64,000 bases of DNA. Origin: Heteronotia binoei (Eukaryota). This document shows positions 37,117-50,142 of this stretch, one piece after another (position 1 is the first letter of the stretch; each line of letters begins with the position of its first letter). A model generated the notes under the pieces. The model saw only the letters and a list, made by a program, of their open reading frames with translations. It was not told where the DNA came from and ran no database searches. A program made the translations under genes and the position numbers. Location: NCBI RefSeq assembly GCF_032191835.1, contig NC_083232.1, forward strand, positions 63,922,001 to 63,986,000, in the 5' to 3' direction.

Positions 37117-37811
37117 ATTAGGTTGGGTTGGAAAATTTGGCCATGTAGAAGTGTTTGTGGGGTTTTTTCCACAAAAGAGATCACTGCCTTACATTTAATT
37201 TTAAAAATGGCATACCAAGCTGAACCTGGATATCTTTTGAAAACACTGTTAACCATTCTATATGAACTCTGTGTCATGCTAAAATGACAATCTTCATACA
37301 CACAAAATTCATGAACACATGTCTGTCCCAGGAACAGATTTGAAACCATCATGAGTGAAAGATAATTATCAGTCTACTTTTTCTTAATGATTCAGATTAA
37401 TGGAGGTCTCAGAAAGCTGCTATGAAGCTGATGTGACTCTAGACAGATAAAGCATACCAAGGATTCCCCTGTCCTCTTATCAGCAGAAACTAGGAATGTC
37501 CCAGTCTGCTGAAAACAACTTCATTCTTGCATTGCATAATAATAGAACTATCTTAAACAGGATCACTCCAGTGTAAGCCAGTTGAAATCAATGGGTTTAC
37601 AATAGAATAAGGCTGTATAGGATAGCACTGTGAAAGAAGGAATCCTGTTCTGCCTGGAACAATAATCTGATCAAGCAAACATAGGAATATAGTTATTTCA
37701 TTATTTTTAATGAGACTTGTGGCTAAAATAGTAGTATATTCTCATTTAGCCTACTTTCAAACCTAGCTATCTCTTGCAGGGATAACTTTCTTAAGTTATC
37801 CCTTTCAAACC

Positions 37812-38168
37812 GGAGAGCCGGTTTGGTGTAGTGGTTAAGTGTGTGGACTCTTATCTGGGAGAACCGGGTTTGATTCCCCACTCCTCCACTTGCACCTGCT
37901 AGCATGGCCTTGGGTCAGCCATAGCTCTGGCAGAGGTTGTCCTTGAAAGGGCAGCTGCTGTAGGAGCCCTCTCCAGCCCCACCTACCTCACAAGGTGTCT
38001 GTTGTGGGGGAGGAAGGTAAAGGAGATTGTGAGCCGCTCTGAGACTCTTCGGAGTGGAGGGCGGGATATAAATCCAATATCATCTTCTTCTTCTTCTTCT
38101 TCTTCTTCTTCTTCTTCTTCTTCTTCTTCTTCTTCTTCTTCTTCTTCTTCTTCTTCTTCTTCTTCTTC
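37812..38168 (+). mobile_element. young Squam3-like SINE with long (TTC)n tail
   Basis: Near-consensus head and body; pure TTC array ~38080-38168. Confidence 0.93.
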
Positions 38169-39819
38169 AACTGTGTACTAGCACTAATCTACATCTCCCA
38201 ACAGCTGCTGTCCCCATGTACAGGAAGACAACTAGGATAGTCTTGGTGTTAAAGGAAAGGGGATTTGTGTTTATGCCAAAGGCATACAGGCATGTACTTG
38301 AGCACTTAAAGGACTCCAAAGGAAGTGTCATGGGTCAGCCTGAGACAAGCAATACTGACAGATGATCTATGGCGTCTATAATATCACTCAACAGCCTATT
38401 CAGTAAAAGGATGGATATCTGTGCAAACTTTGCATCTTCATAGCAGAGCATAGAAGTAATGTTTGCAGACCATCAGTAGCACCAGTAAATGCTGCTGTCT
38501 TTGAGAACCAACAATGACAGTGTATGCTCTTCCACATGCAAGAGCACTGAGCATGTACCAGCCTACACTGATAATGACCAAACTACTTGCTCAGAAGCAA
38601 CCTCCATTTTGTTTGTTGCTTCTTAAAGAGCAAGTGTGCTTTAATGGTTAGGGTCATGAACTAGGATCAGTGAGACCTGGGTTCAGATCTCTTCTCTGCC
38701 ATGAATGACATTATTTAATAAAATATACTCATTTACTTTGAACACTGACTGCTCTGTACTAAAAAACAGAGAAACCTGAATGACTTCTACATGAGAAAAT
38801 TACATTTTCCACATGTTTCTTCTGGGCTAATGCATATTTATTCACATTGCCTGAGTGGCCTCAGATACAAGCTACAAATGATTGCCAAATTATAATCTGA
38901 AACGTGGAACTTCAAGTAACAGCTCTAAAGTGTTGCCATCGGCTCATAGTAATTGTCTTTCAACTCTGGTTCTTGCTGCCTTTGGCACATTTTGTTGCTC
39001 ATTAGATGGGATGGAGGCACAATTCAAACACAACAACTACATGGATAATGGAACTTGGTCAGGGGGAAAAAAGGGAAATTAGCAAGTCCTCCAAAGCTTC
39101 AGCTACAATCAAACATCACTTAAGAGGACCTCACAGATACAGGGATCTTGAGTTTTAGCTACCTCCCTGCCAATCACATTCATAGTTAGTGTTTCCCTGT
39201 AGCTATAAAAGCTGCAGGCATCCTTGTTAGGAAATAAAGATAGCAACAGAGGAAACGGCCTTCACACCAGCTACAGTTAATATTCACCTATCAATGAATG
39301 CAGTTTGCCTTTGCTATTATTGTGGGAAGGCAGAACCTGAATCAGTGACTGGAGAAGGAACATGGTTTGCCACAGCTACCAGAAAGATGAACCAAAAAGC
39401 ATGATGCTATTTTATGTGTGATGGCTTTTAGGGAGTGGGGATGAAGCCTATAGAAGAGCCCCTTTTTGAACATCAGCAAGGGAGGGAAACAAGAGGAGGC
39501 CTGTCTGTTCTGCAGCCTACCGATCACCCACACTGCAAATGGGATTGGAATGTTGTTTGGCCTGCGGATGCTGCAGATCCTCTTTGACCAACATAAATAA
39601 ATAAATAAATAACCTTGGCCCTGTACCACCCTTCCTCTCCCCTTACCAGCTGGGTCAGTATGGTCTCTTGAGGATGAAGCTGGGGTCAAGAGTCTCTGCC
39701 AACTCCAAGTTCACTCCACAAGTTCACAGTACCTCAAGGGGAGCCAAATCTGGAGTGGAGCTTCATTGCTGCTCCCCACACACCTGGTTGAGGCACACCC
39801 CAACTCTTCTTGGGTAAAT

Positions 39820-39905
39820 CCAGGTGGGTAGCTGTGTTAGTCTGAAGCAATGTAACAAAGTTAGAGTCCAATAGCATCTTTAAGACCAACAAAGTTTTCT
39901 AGAAT
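39820..39905 (+). mobile_element. Penelope-like pLTR fragment
   Basis: GGTAGCTGTGTTAGTCTG...GAGTCCAATAGCATCTTTAAGACCAACAAA resembles recalled reptile Penelope terminal repeats. Confidence 0.5.
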
Positions 39906-40132
39906 AAGTCTGAGAGAGCAGAGTTGGGCTCCAAACAATTTGCAATATCTTGCTACATTTAATTTTCATAAGCTTCCCCAGCCCACAGAGGTGTTAACAG
40001 TATTTAGCTTTTTATTTTTTGTTTTTCAGATGTTAAACTGTGCTACTGCTTCAGCTGTAAACAGAGAGTTTACATGGTAATACTGTGAACATGAATGGTA
40101 ACTTGAATGTAAACGGAGTTGACTGCCATAAT

Positions 40133-40139
40133 CATCCTC

Positions 40140-40203
<64 letters not shown>

Positions 40204-40240
40204 TCATTATCGTCCTCCTCCTGATCCTCCTCCTCCTCCT
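40133..40240. repeat. (ATC)n followed by (CCT)n microsatellite
   Basis: Visible directly. Confidence 0.95.
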
Positions 40241-40841
40241 AGTGGAGATAGGCTGATTTTTCTTCTGTGTACAATCAAGGGATGTGTTCTGGGTAAGCAA
40301 TCTACTTGCAAGTTTGAGATCTGCAGTGCAATCCTATTCAGAGATATATCTGAATAGCCCTATTATGCTTCCAGTATATATGCAGGTACAGAGAGATGGG
40401 AGTTTTACTGGAACTGTGGTGGTCTACATTGTTGCTTCAAGATTCTGATGCAGGCTTAGCAGTTGTGTTGCCAGATTTTAGTTGCTTTATATAGGCTCCA
40501 CTTTTGTGTTTTCCAAATATATGATATCACAAAGACACTGTGGCTACATTTAGACAACACATATAAACTAGGTTAACTCTCGCTTGTAGGAAGATTTGTT
40601 TTGTAAGATTTATACCTCCAGACAACACTTGTTTCAAACCAGAAAACCTTCAGTCTCTGCCCTGCACAAGCCATGAAGGAAGGAATTTGTAAGTCCAAGG
40701 ACTTATTTGTTCATTCTTGTCACAAACAAACCAAGCTTTATTCATAATGCCTCAGGATCACCAGTAAAGTTTGTACCAAGGATACCCCTTGGGGGCTAGG
40801 AAGGTAGGCATCTGGTAGTGGATTAGATCATTAGGAATATT

Positions 40842-41280
40842 CAGGGACCAAAATATCTCTGGGACTGCCTCTCCCCATATATGCCTTGCAGGGCCTTTTG
40901 TTCTTGCTGACCAGCACTGGGTGACAGTCCCCAGCCCAAGGAACATCTGTCTGGCCTTGACCAGGGTCAGAGCCTTTTAAGCTCTGGCCCTGACCTGGTG
41001 GAACATGCTCCCAATTGAGAACAGATCCTTGCAGGATTTTTTACAATTCTACAGGGCCTGTAAAATGGATTTCATCTTGATTCATCACCCAGACCAGCAT
41101 GGGATTAATGCGCCTGTTATGTCATTAATTGCTAAACTTTCAGTTAGGGAACCTAGATTTTTATGTATTGAATATTTTATTGACTATTTAATGTTTTAAA
41201 TTATTGCTGTATTGTGTCATATTGTGAGCTGCCCTGGGCCCACTTGCAGGGTAGAGTGGGATATTAAGCAAATAAATAAA
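40842..41280 (+). mobile_element. old L2 3' end
   Basis: GACTGCCTCTCCCCATAT...AGAGCCTTT...TGGTGGAAC...TGTGAGCTGCCCTG...AAATAAATAAA. Confidence 0.7.
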
Positions 41281-41810
41281 GGGGGGGGGGGTATGTGACA
41301 GGTGTTTTGACCACATGGTAACTTGCCTGCCTGGTGTGAAGGTTTCAGACATCATATGGTGTCTAGATAGGTTGATAGAAAGCACTGGGGAGGAGTCAGC
41401 AGTCATGGGGCACACTGGTACCAATGACATTGGGAAATGTAGTTGTGTTGTCCTGGAGAAAAAATGTAGGTTACTAGGCAGAAAGTTAAAGGTCAAAACC
41501 TCAAAGGTAGCATTCTCAGAAGTGCTGCCGGTTCCAGAAAGATTGGCACATATCATGGGTCTCAGTGCATGGATGAGAAAGTGGTGCTGGGAAAAAGAGT
41601 TTAGATTTCTTAGATACTGGGAACTTTCTTGGACAAGCAAAACTTGTACAAAAGAGATGAGGTTCACTTGAACCAAAAGGTAGCCAGGCTGCTGGCAACT
41701 AATATAAAAAAGGTGTCAAAGCAGTTTTTAAATTAATCTCGGGGTGGGGAAAATGACAGGACTTGGGGAGTCTCCAGTTTGAGACAAGGTAGTCCAAAGG
41801 TAGTCCAAAG

Positions 41811-42034
41811 AGCCCTGTGGCGCAGAGTGGTAAAACTACAGTACTGCAGTCCAAACTCTCTGCTCATAACTTGAGTTCAATCCCAGTGGAAGCTGGGTTC
41901 AGGTAGGCAGTTCAAGGTTGACTTAGCCTTCCATCCTTCCGAGGTTGGTAAAATGAGTACCCAGCTTGCAACGTCACCCCAGAGTCGGAAACAACTATGC
42001 TTGCACAGGGGACCACCTTTACCTTTTTTTTTTT
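41811..42034 (+). mobile_element. Sauria SINE with internal deletion, nested in CR1
   Basis: 10-bp TSD TAGTCCAAAG (41801-41810, 42035-42044); central GGCAATGGCAAACCACC segment missing. Confidence 0.88.
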
Positions 42035-42970
42035 TAGTCCAAAGGGATGATTTTGTAAACAGGATAATACTGATAGGAGTGTAATAGAATACCTGGGAGT
42101 GAGGGCACAGTGATGGCTGAGGGCCATGTGTGGTGACTAAGGGACAGAGGAGGCAAGAGTTACTGAAGAAGGAAACACATTATAGGTGTCTATATGCCAG
42201 TTCTAGAAGTCTCCAAGTCAAGATGGGGGAACTGGAGTGCTCAATGTTCAATAACAATTTAGATATAGTAGGTATCTCAAAAACATGGTGGAATAGGGAA
42301 AATCTATGGAATACAGTCATTCCTGTGTATAAGCTCTATAGGCAAGACAGGGAGAGATGGGTTGTTGTTGCTGTTGCATTGTACATCAAAAAGGGCATCA
42401 AATCAAATAAATTATAAAACATCAGAGGAATTAACTCCCCAACAGAAACAATATGAGTGGAAATACTGGGCCCTAAAGGTTACTTAAAAGTGGGGGTGTA
42501 CTATTGCCCACTTAATCAAACCCTCAAGACTGATCTTGAGATGCAGAAGGAAATGAGAGAGATTTAAGAAGCTCAATTACTTTTGAGAGAAATAAGAAGC
42601 TCAATTACTTTTTTGCTCCTGTGTTCACTGTGGAAAGTGTGGCACACATACCCATGCCACAGCCCCTATTTTCAGGAAGGGAATCTGAAGAACTGAGTCA
42701 AATTGAGGTGACCAAAGATGAAATTCTAGACCTACTGGGGAAATTAAAAACTAATAAGTGTTCAGGTCCTGATGGCACATACCCAAGAGTTTTCAAGGAA
42801 TTCAAATGTGAGATTGTTGATCTACTAGCCCATAGATTTAACCTATCACTAAATTCAGCTTCTGTACCAAAAGACTGGAAAGTAGCAAATGTGACGTCAG
42901 TTTTTTAGAAATGGATCCAGAGGAGAACCAGGAAATTACAGGCCAGTCAGCCTAACGCATATCCCAAGTA

Positions 42971-43950
42971 AAGTTGGGAGTGAGCAGTGAAGTGGCCAAG
43001 TTTGCAGATAACACTAAATTGTTCAGGGTGGTGAGAACCAGAGAGGATTGTGAGGCACTCCAAAGGGATCTGTTGAGGCTGGGTGAGTGGGTGTCAACAT
43101 GCAGATGAGGTTCAATGTGGCCAAGTACAAAGTAATGCACATTGGGCCAAGAATCCCAGTTACAAATACAAGTTGATGGGGTGTGAACTGGCAGAGACTG
43201 ACCAAGAGAGAGATCTTGGGGTCATGGTAGATAACTCACTGAAAATGTCAAGACAGTGTGCAATTGCAATAAAAAAGGCCAACGCCATGCTGGGAATTAT
43301 TAGGAAGGGAATTGAAAACAAATCAGCCAGTATCATAATGCCCCTGTATAAATCGATGGTGCGGTCTCATTTGGAATACTGTGTGCAATTCTGGTCACCG
43401 CACCTCAAAAAGGATATTATAGCATTGGAAAAAGTCCAGGAAAGGGCAACTAGAATGATTAAAGGGTTGGAACACTTTCCCTATGAAGAAAGGTTAAAAC
43501 ACTTGGGGCTCTTTAGCTTGGAGAAATGTCGACTGCGGGGTGACATGATAGAGGTTTACAAGATAATGCACGGGATGGAGAAAGTAAAGAAAGAAGTACT
43601 TTTCTCCCTTTCTCACAATACAAGAACTCGTGGGCTTTCGATGAAATTGCTGAGCAGTCAGGTTAAAACGGATAAAAGGAAGTACTTCTTCACCCAAAGG
43701 GTGATTAACATGTGGAATTCACTGCCACAGGAGGTGGTGGCGGCTACAAGCATAGACAGCTTCAAAAGGAGGTTAGATAAAAATATGGAGCAGAGGTCCA
43801 TCAGTGGCTATTAGCCGCAGTGTGTATATGTGTGTGTGTGTGTGCATATATATATATATAAAAAAAAATTGGCCACTGTGTGACACAGAATGTTGGACTG
43901 GATGGGCCACTGGCCTGATCCAACATGGCTTCTCTTATGTTCTTATGTTC
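42971..43950 (+). mobile_element. young CR1, ~1 kb, nested in the older CR1 ORF2
   Basis: Nearly identical to 28852-29857; 1-bp frameshift near 43140; ORF 43083-43814; TTATGTTCTT tail. Confidence 0.93.
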
Positions 43951-45142
43951 TTAATTGTTACAAGCATAGAGGGACAAAGCTTGCTGAGGGAAAATCAGCA
44001 TAGCTTCTGCAAAGGGAAGTCCTCCCTCAGCAACCTTTTGGAGTTATCTGAGAAAGTGAACAAGCAGGTGGACAATGGTGACCAGGTAGACATTATATAC
44101 CTGAACTTTCAAAAGGCTTTTGACGAGATCCCTCACCAGAGACTACTGAGTCAATTTAGCAAACATGGGATAAGAGGACAGGTTCTCTTTTGTATTAAAA
44201 ACTGGTTAAATGACAGGAAGCAGAGAGTGGAATCAATGGACAGGCCTTGCAATGGATTCAAATAAGCAGTGGGGCTCCACAAGGATCAGATTTGAGGCCA
44301 GTATTTATTCATTGATTATCTGGAACTAGGGGTGAGTAGTGTAGTGGGAAAGTTTACAGATGACACAAAATTATTCAGGAGGATGAAAACCAAGGTTGAC
44401 TGTGAGGAACTCCAAGAGGACCCTCCACAAACTGGGTAAGTTAGCAACATGTGACAAATAAAGTTCAATTAGGTTAGTGTAAGATGATGCACCTTGGGAC
44501 AAAAAGAAATCCCAACTTCAAGTATAGGCTAATCGGGGACTGCCTTGTGAGATTGAGGAGAAAAGATCCTGGGGCTGTAGTGGATAGCTCCTTGAAACCC
44601 AGTGTGCTGCAGTGGCTTCTTATGTTCTTATGCTCTCTCACTCAAAGGGTACTAAATTCTGTAGCACTTTCTCTGGATTTTTCACTCTTTGGGGAACTGA
44701 GGAACACATAATGTCTCATCTTCCATTATCAGAGAGAATTTTAAGAAAAAAACTGAATTTTTGTGTGTGCAGTGCGTTAAAATGTAGCCTTATTCATCAT
44801 TCTAAATTAATAAAAGCATTCCTTTCACTGACATTACACAACCTATTATTGGCCTTCAGCTGCAAGAATATACCAGAAGCAATGGTCTTATTCGAAGAGA
44901 AAAACGTAATAATACCTACCTTTCAATAGGAGGATGAAGTGCACTGAATGTGTATAGTTAGCTTACCTCAAGTTAACTCATTCAAGGTTGCTGACTGACC
45001 TGAATTCTAAGTATTATGCCTTCCAGAGCATCCTACTTCCACAAAATACAATGGATAACCCCAAAATCTTGCAGAATTATTGCGTTATGGACAATAAGGA
45101 AATATAAGACAATAAGGAAATAAGGAAATATAAGACAATAAG

Positions 45143-45205
45143 GCTGCCCTGAGCCGCCTCGGGGGGGAGGGCGGGATATAAATAGAATGAAATGAAATGA
45201 AATAA
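45143..45205 (+). mobile_element. L2-type 3' tail fragment preceded by junction tandem repeats (45088-45142)
   Basis: GCTGCCCTGAGCC...GAGGGCGGGATATAAAT(GAAAT)n; GACAATAAGGAAAT repeats upstream. Confidence 0.7.
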
Positions 45206-45950
45206 GAAAGGGGAAGAGGAGAAAAATGCAGTAGCAAATACATACTGCAACTGCATTTATCTTCCAGCTTACTGATCAGCAAGCCTTTATGGAAATACGG
45301 GGGGGAACCTGCTATTCTACAGAGAAAATGCAATTGTGTGGTGGTTTCTCCTACTGTATCATCTGCATTATGGTTTTTTCTTACAAGTACACAAATCCAG
45401 AATGTCAAACTGCATTATTAACAGCTTTAGCAAGGCATGCCTAATGATCATATTTGAGCCACAAGTACATGAAAGGTTCATGTGATCTTGTATTTCAGCT
45501 AGGAATGTGAAAATAATAAGTTGATCCTCTAAAAGCATAAATGAAATCCAGGAAGCTTCTGGGATGAAATGCTATGCTTCTGCCAGTGCAGACTAATGGG
45601 GGCCCAAGCACATGTTCAGAAATGTGGCAAGGAAGGCCAAACACATAGAGGACGAGGCTCTAACCCCTCAAGTGCAACAAGTGCAGAAGTGTTTTAGAAA
45701 GTCAAATAAAAGCTGTAGTTGTACTAGTGAACTTCTGGCTTCCCCGCATCACATGTATCAAAAACTCTGCAATCCATCTCTGCTTACTTAGGGGGGACAT
45801 GGAAGTTTATCTTGATAAGTATATGGCTGCAAACCTGTTTTTGCCAAGACAGTAAAAATACAAGCCCGGGCACTTACAAGGGAAAACTATTGGGTAAGAG
45901 GGGTGCTTAGGCCCTCCTGCTTTTGTGAAACTTCCTCTGCAGAATTTCCT

Positions 45951-47111
45951 GGCTTTTGATAAGGTTCCACATACTATCCTTGTTGACAAGTTGGTAAAAT
46001 GTGATTTGGATCCTGTTACCGTTAGGTGGATCTGTAACTGGTTGACAGATCGCACCCAAAGAGTGCTTCAGAATGGTTCCTCATCCTCTTGGAGAGGAGT
46101 GACAAGTGGAGTGCCTCAAGGTTCTGTCCTGGGATCTGTTTTGTTCAACATCTTTATCAATGATTTGGATGAAGGAATAGAGGGAATGCTTATTAAATTT
46201 ACCAATGATACTAAATTGGGAGGGGTTACAAACACAAAAGAAGACAGAAACAGGATACAAGATGACCTTGACAGGCTGGAAATCAATAAAATGAATTTTA
46301 ACAGGGATAAATGTTAAGTTCAGCATTTAGGTAAGAAAAATCCAATGCATGGTTACAGGATGGGGGAGACTTGTGTTAGTAGTAGTATGTGCGAAAAGGA
46401 TCTAGGGGTCTTAGTGGAGCATATGCTGAACATGAGTCAACAATGTGATGTGATGGATTAAAAGGCAAATGCCATTTTGGGCTGTATCAACAGAAGTATA
46501 GTGTCCAGATACGTAATGTGATGGTGTCGCTTTCACATTACGATGGTGTCATAATGTGATGGTGTCGCTCTGGTAAGACCTCACCTGGAGTATTGTGTTC
46601 AGTTTTGGGCACCACATTTTAAGAAGGATATAGACAAGCTGGAACAGATCCAGAGGAGGGCAACAAAGATGGTGAGGGGTCTGGAGACCAAGTCCTATGA
46701 GGAAAGGTTGAAGAAGCTGGGGATGTTTAGCCTGGAGACGCGGTGGCTGAGAGGTGATATGATCACCATCTTCAAGTACTTGAAGGGCTGTCATATAGAG
46801 GATGGTGTGGAATTGTTTTCTGTGGCCCCAGAAGGTAAGACCAGAACCAATGGGTTGAAATTAAATCAAAAGAGTTTCCGGCTCAACATTAGGAAGAACT
46901 TCCTGACGGTTAGAGCGATTCCTCAGTGGAACAGGCTTCCTCGGGAAGTGGTGGGCTCTCCTTCCTTGGAGGTTTTTAAACAAAGGCTAGATGGCCATCT
47001 GATAGCAATTAAGATCCTGTGAATTTAGGGGAAGGTGTTTGTGAGTTTCCTGCATTGTGCAGGGGTTGGACTAGATGACCCTAGAGGTTCCTTCCAACTC
47101 TATGATTCTAT
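45951..47111 (+). mobile_element. CR1 of a second subfamily, 5'-truncated and decayed
   Basis: AFDKVPH...[10 protein letters not shown]...FINDLD...WNRLPREVV; tail CCAACTCTATGATTCTAT. Confidence 0.92.
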
Positions 47112-47347
47112 ACACTTGGATTCACTTCTGATTTGAATGGCGGAAACCACTTTAGAGTGAACCAGGGTGGGAAAGCATTTATGGGATGAACAGTTATTGG
47201 AATGACTTCCTGTTGACTCTCCTGCAAATGTCCTCTCCCCCCACCCTTCCAGGTATTAGCAATACAGAGGTTAGCAGGGTTGCAGGAAGCCTCATAACAT
47301 CTAGTACTGGCTTCAGGCACAAAACTGCATACACTTTGACTAAAAGA

Positions 47348-47660
47348 TGTTGGAAAAGGCAATGCCTGGTATACAAAAAAGAGAAGAAGACCCTGTAGGG
47401 GGCAGCAAGAAGATGACTATATAAGATAGTGAGGTCACCACCTTCTCTCCTGTTGTCATTCCTTGTCTGTTTCCAGATTACTACTCTTAGGGCAATTTCC
47501 TCCTTCTTCTTGAAAGTGCTGCACTCTGTCCAACCCTCTCTCTCAGTTAGAGGTGTAGTTAGGAACTTATCTATGTCTCTTCTCTTTCCTATCTATGTGA
47601 ATTCCTAAATAAACATTTATCTACTCTTTAATTGGGTTGTGCGCCATTGCTCTGCCAACA
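47348..47660 (+). mobile_element. solo LTR, 313 bp
   Basis: TGTTGG...CCAACA; TATATAAG near 47417; AATAAA near 47609; TSD AAAGA/AGAGA (4/5). Confidence 0.7.
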
Positions 47661-48242
47661 AGAGAGAGTTGGTTTTTCATGCTTCTCCATGGTCTCCCAG
47701 CCTCCTCCATCCACCAAGACTGAACAATTAATGTGAATGCATAATAAACAGAGAGTTAATGTAATGGTATACTTTAAAAAAAAAACAGTATTTGTCAAAA
47801 CAATTGATATGGCCTTCACTTTCGGCAGAAGTTAAAAGCTAGAAATTTCCCCATCTGAGATTTGTAAAAGTAGAAGAGGCACGGTTTTTCAGAAGAGATC
47901 AAACCTGACCTTCGGATTTTCAAAGACTGGTGGTTAAGAAAACAAGACAGCACAATAGATTCCTTCCCTAGCACTAGAGATGGCTGGGAAGAGAGAAAGA
48001 TGTAAGTCATTCAGTGAAAAATAGCACCAAGAAGCCTGCAAACAAAAATCATTCTTTGCTGTTCCTCTGAGCAAATTAGGATTCATGCTTGTACTTAAAT
48101 TTTAGAACCTCATAACTGCATAATTGATGCAGTCATAAGCATGGTATCCTTATAACTGTCATCATATCTACATTCCTAATCACAAAAATAAATCATATTT
48201 TAGATTCCCCAGATATCCTCAAAATGACAAACACAATAAAAT

Positions 48243-48304
48243 ATAGAATTATAGAGTTGGAAGGTACCTCCAGGATCATCTAGTCCAACCCCCTGCACAC
48301 TGCA
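48243..48304 (-). mobile_element. CR1 3' tail fragment (second subfamily)
   Basis: ATAGAATTATAGAGTTGGAAGG...TCATCTAGTCCAACCCC is the reverse complement of the 47060-47111 tail. Confidence 0.85.
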
Positions 48305-48365
48305 GGGGAGGGGGAGGTGACCCAGTTGCACCTGGGAGAACTAAAGCTTAACAAACACAACAGAA

Positions 48366-48414
<49 letters not shown>

Positions 48415-48441
48415 GAGAGAGTAGCAAGGCACAGGAAACCT

Positions 48442-48760
48442 CATAACTTGAAAAAAAATTGTTGGTCTTTAGGTGCCAGTGGACTCAATCTTAGCTTTAC
48501 ACACACAAGAGATGGGAAGGGGGTGGGGGGAGAAGAGAGACAAGAGGAGGAAGCAGACCCAGCTAATATCGTGAAAAAAATATTGTCATCAGTCTTTGTG
48601 TGCCACTGGACTCAACTTTAGCTTTACACACACAAATGATGTGTGGGAGAGGGAAGATGGAGGCAGGGGGGAGAGGGATGAGAGGAGGAAGCAAACCCAG
48701 CTTATACCTTGAAAAAACATTGTTGGTCTTTGTGCCACTAGATTCAGCCTTAGCTTTGCA
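48442..48760. repeat. three diverged ~125-140 bp units containing a Penelope-like pLTR module, inside a one-ended hAT remnant (right TIR at ~49001-49014)
   Basis: Repeated TTGAAAAAA..TTGTTGGTCTTT..GTGCCACTGGACTCAA..TTAGCTTT; GTTTGACACCTCTG at 49001-49014. Confidence 0.55.
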
Positions 48761-50142
48761 CACATACAGACCCATGGTAGGAAGGCAAGGGGAAGGTGAA
48801 CCCAAGTAATGAGGGGGTGGAATTTGCATGGGAAAACAGAAAGTAGCTGATCACAGCCACTAGGAAGAAGCCAGTGCGCCCATCGCCCTGTCAACCCCAA
48901 CAGTAATCTTTAATGGGGGAGGGGGATTGTGAGGGGGGGCACTCTACCCACAGAATGGATTAAAGAACTTGGAGGGCCAGTTCCATCCCATGGGTTATAT
49001 GTTTGACACCTCTGATTTAACAATTAAAGCCATACTAATGGCTTATAGCATACTATTTTTTTTCTAAATTTCACATAAACTGCTGGCCATTTATAAGACA
49101 GATTTAGTATAAGACAGCTTCATGTGTTAGTGAAGGATGATGGAAGAGAGGTTTCTTTTTCATACCTGGCTCCCCCAAACTGAATTTAGTCCCCATTAAC
49201 GAATAGGCCTTGGACACGTTTCTAGTCTATTTTTCCTGCCAAACATGGTAACTATTTTGGAAAGTCCTCCTCTGAGCATTTGCCTGGTCTCCTAACCTTC
49301 AGGTGAAAACCTTTTTATATGTCCAGGGCTATTTTAAAATTTTGCTCTGTTTCCGTGGTATTGCATATTTTTATGAGCACTGCTTTTATATTAATAGATA
49401 TGGCTTTAATACTGCTAACTTTTCTTCTTTCCATCGGTTCCCAAGACTATAAAGAGTCCCTGTTAGTGAAATAGGTAGCACTGGTTTAGCTGGAATACAG
49501 TTCCATGGTCTGACAATTAAAAAAAACAGCTTAATGAATTCTTGTAATAGCTACATCTAACCTTCTTTGGGCAATTTTTTTAAAAAATCATATTTGTAGA
49601 GAGTCTACTTCAGTTAAAAAATGTTCTGTTAATAGAATGATGACTAAGCACAAACTGATGCAAAAATGATGCAATTCCATTTTTTAAAAAAAACAAACAA
49701 ACATTAATTGGATAACAGATTTTTTCCTCAATGTTTTAAATACTATTCCATTAAATAATGTTATTTAATATTATTTTAATGTTATTCCAGGAGAGGAGCA
49801 TAGCTTTTAATCCCTCTGTAGAGGCTCTACACTTCTACCTGACTTCCCTGGATGACTTGCTTGCTGCATGCAGCTGTGTGAGGAAGCTGAGGCAGAAATG
49901 TGTCTCTTTTGTCTCTCCAACATACTTTAGGTGGGACATGGGAGCCTGTTTTGGGTAGCTTGCCACCATCCTTGGCTGTGTTAATTTGCCGCTTGTACCT
50001 GAAGCCACCCAAAAGGGATTTACAAGGAATTCATGCAAAGCTCCATAGACAAATAGCTTTTATTACTACGAGGAACAGTACTTACAAAAGAGTTCTGGGT
50101 ACAGCTAAGTAAATAAAAGAAGATGAAAGAAAGCTTACAGGC

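Larger units (their letters stand above)
41291..44632 (+). mobile_element. old CR1 with ORF1 esterase, ORF2 endonuclease and RT remnants; internally deleted; hosts two insertions
   Basis: CLPGVKVSDI...HTGTNDI (SGNH-like ORF1); CLYASSRSL...DIVGISKTWW (APE endonuclease); GPDGTYPRVFKE; NFQKAFDEIPHQRLL; ends in TTATGTTCTTATG. Confidence 0.85.

Noticed and set aside
37988-38170. Poly-lysine ORF; likewise the poly-serine ORF at 40085-40357 and the ER-repeat ORF at 24430-24639
   Set aside because: Translations of (TTC)n, (ATC)n and (GA)n microsatellites.
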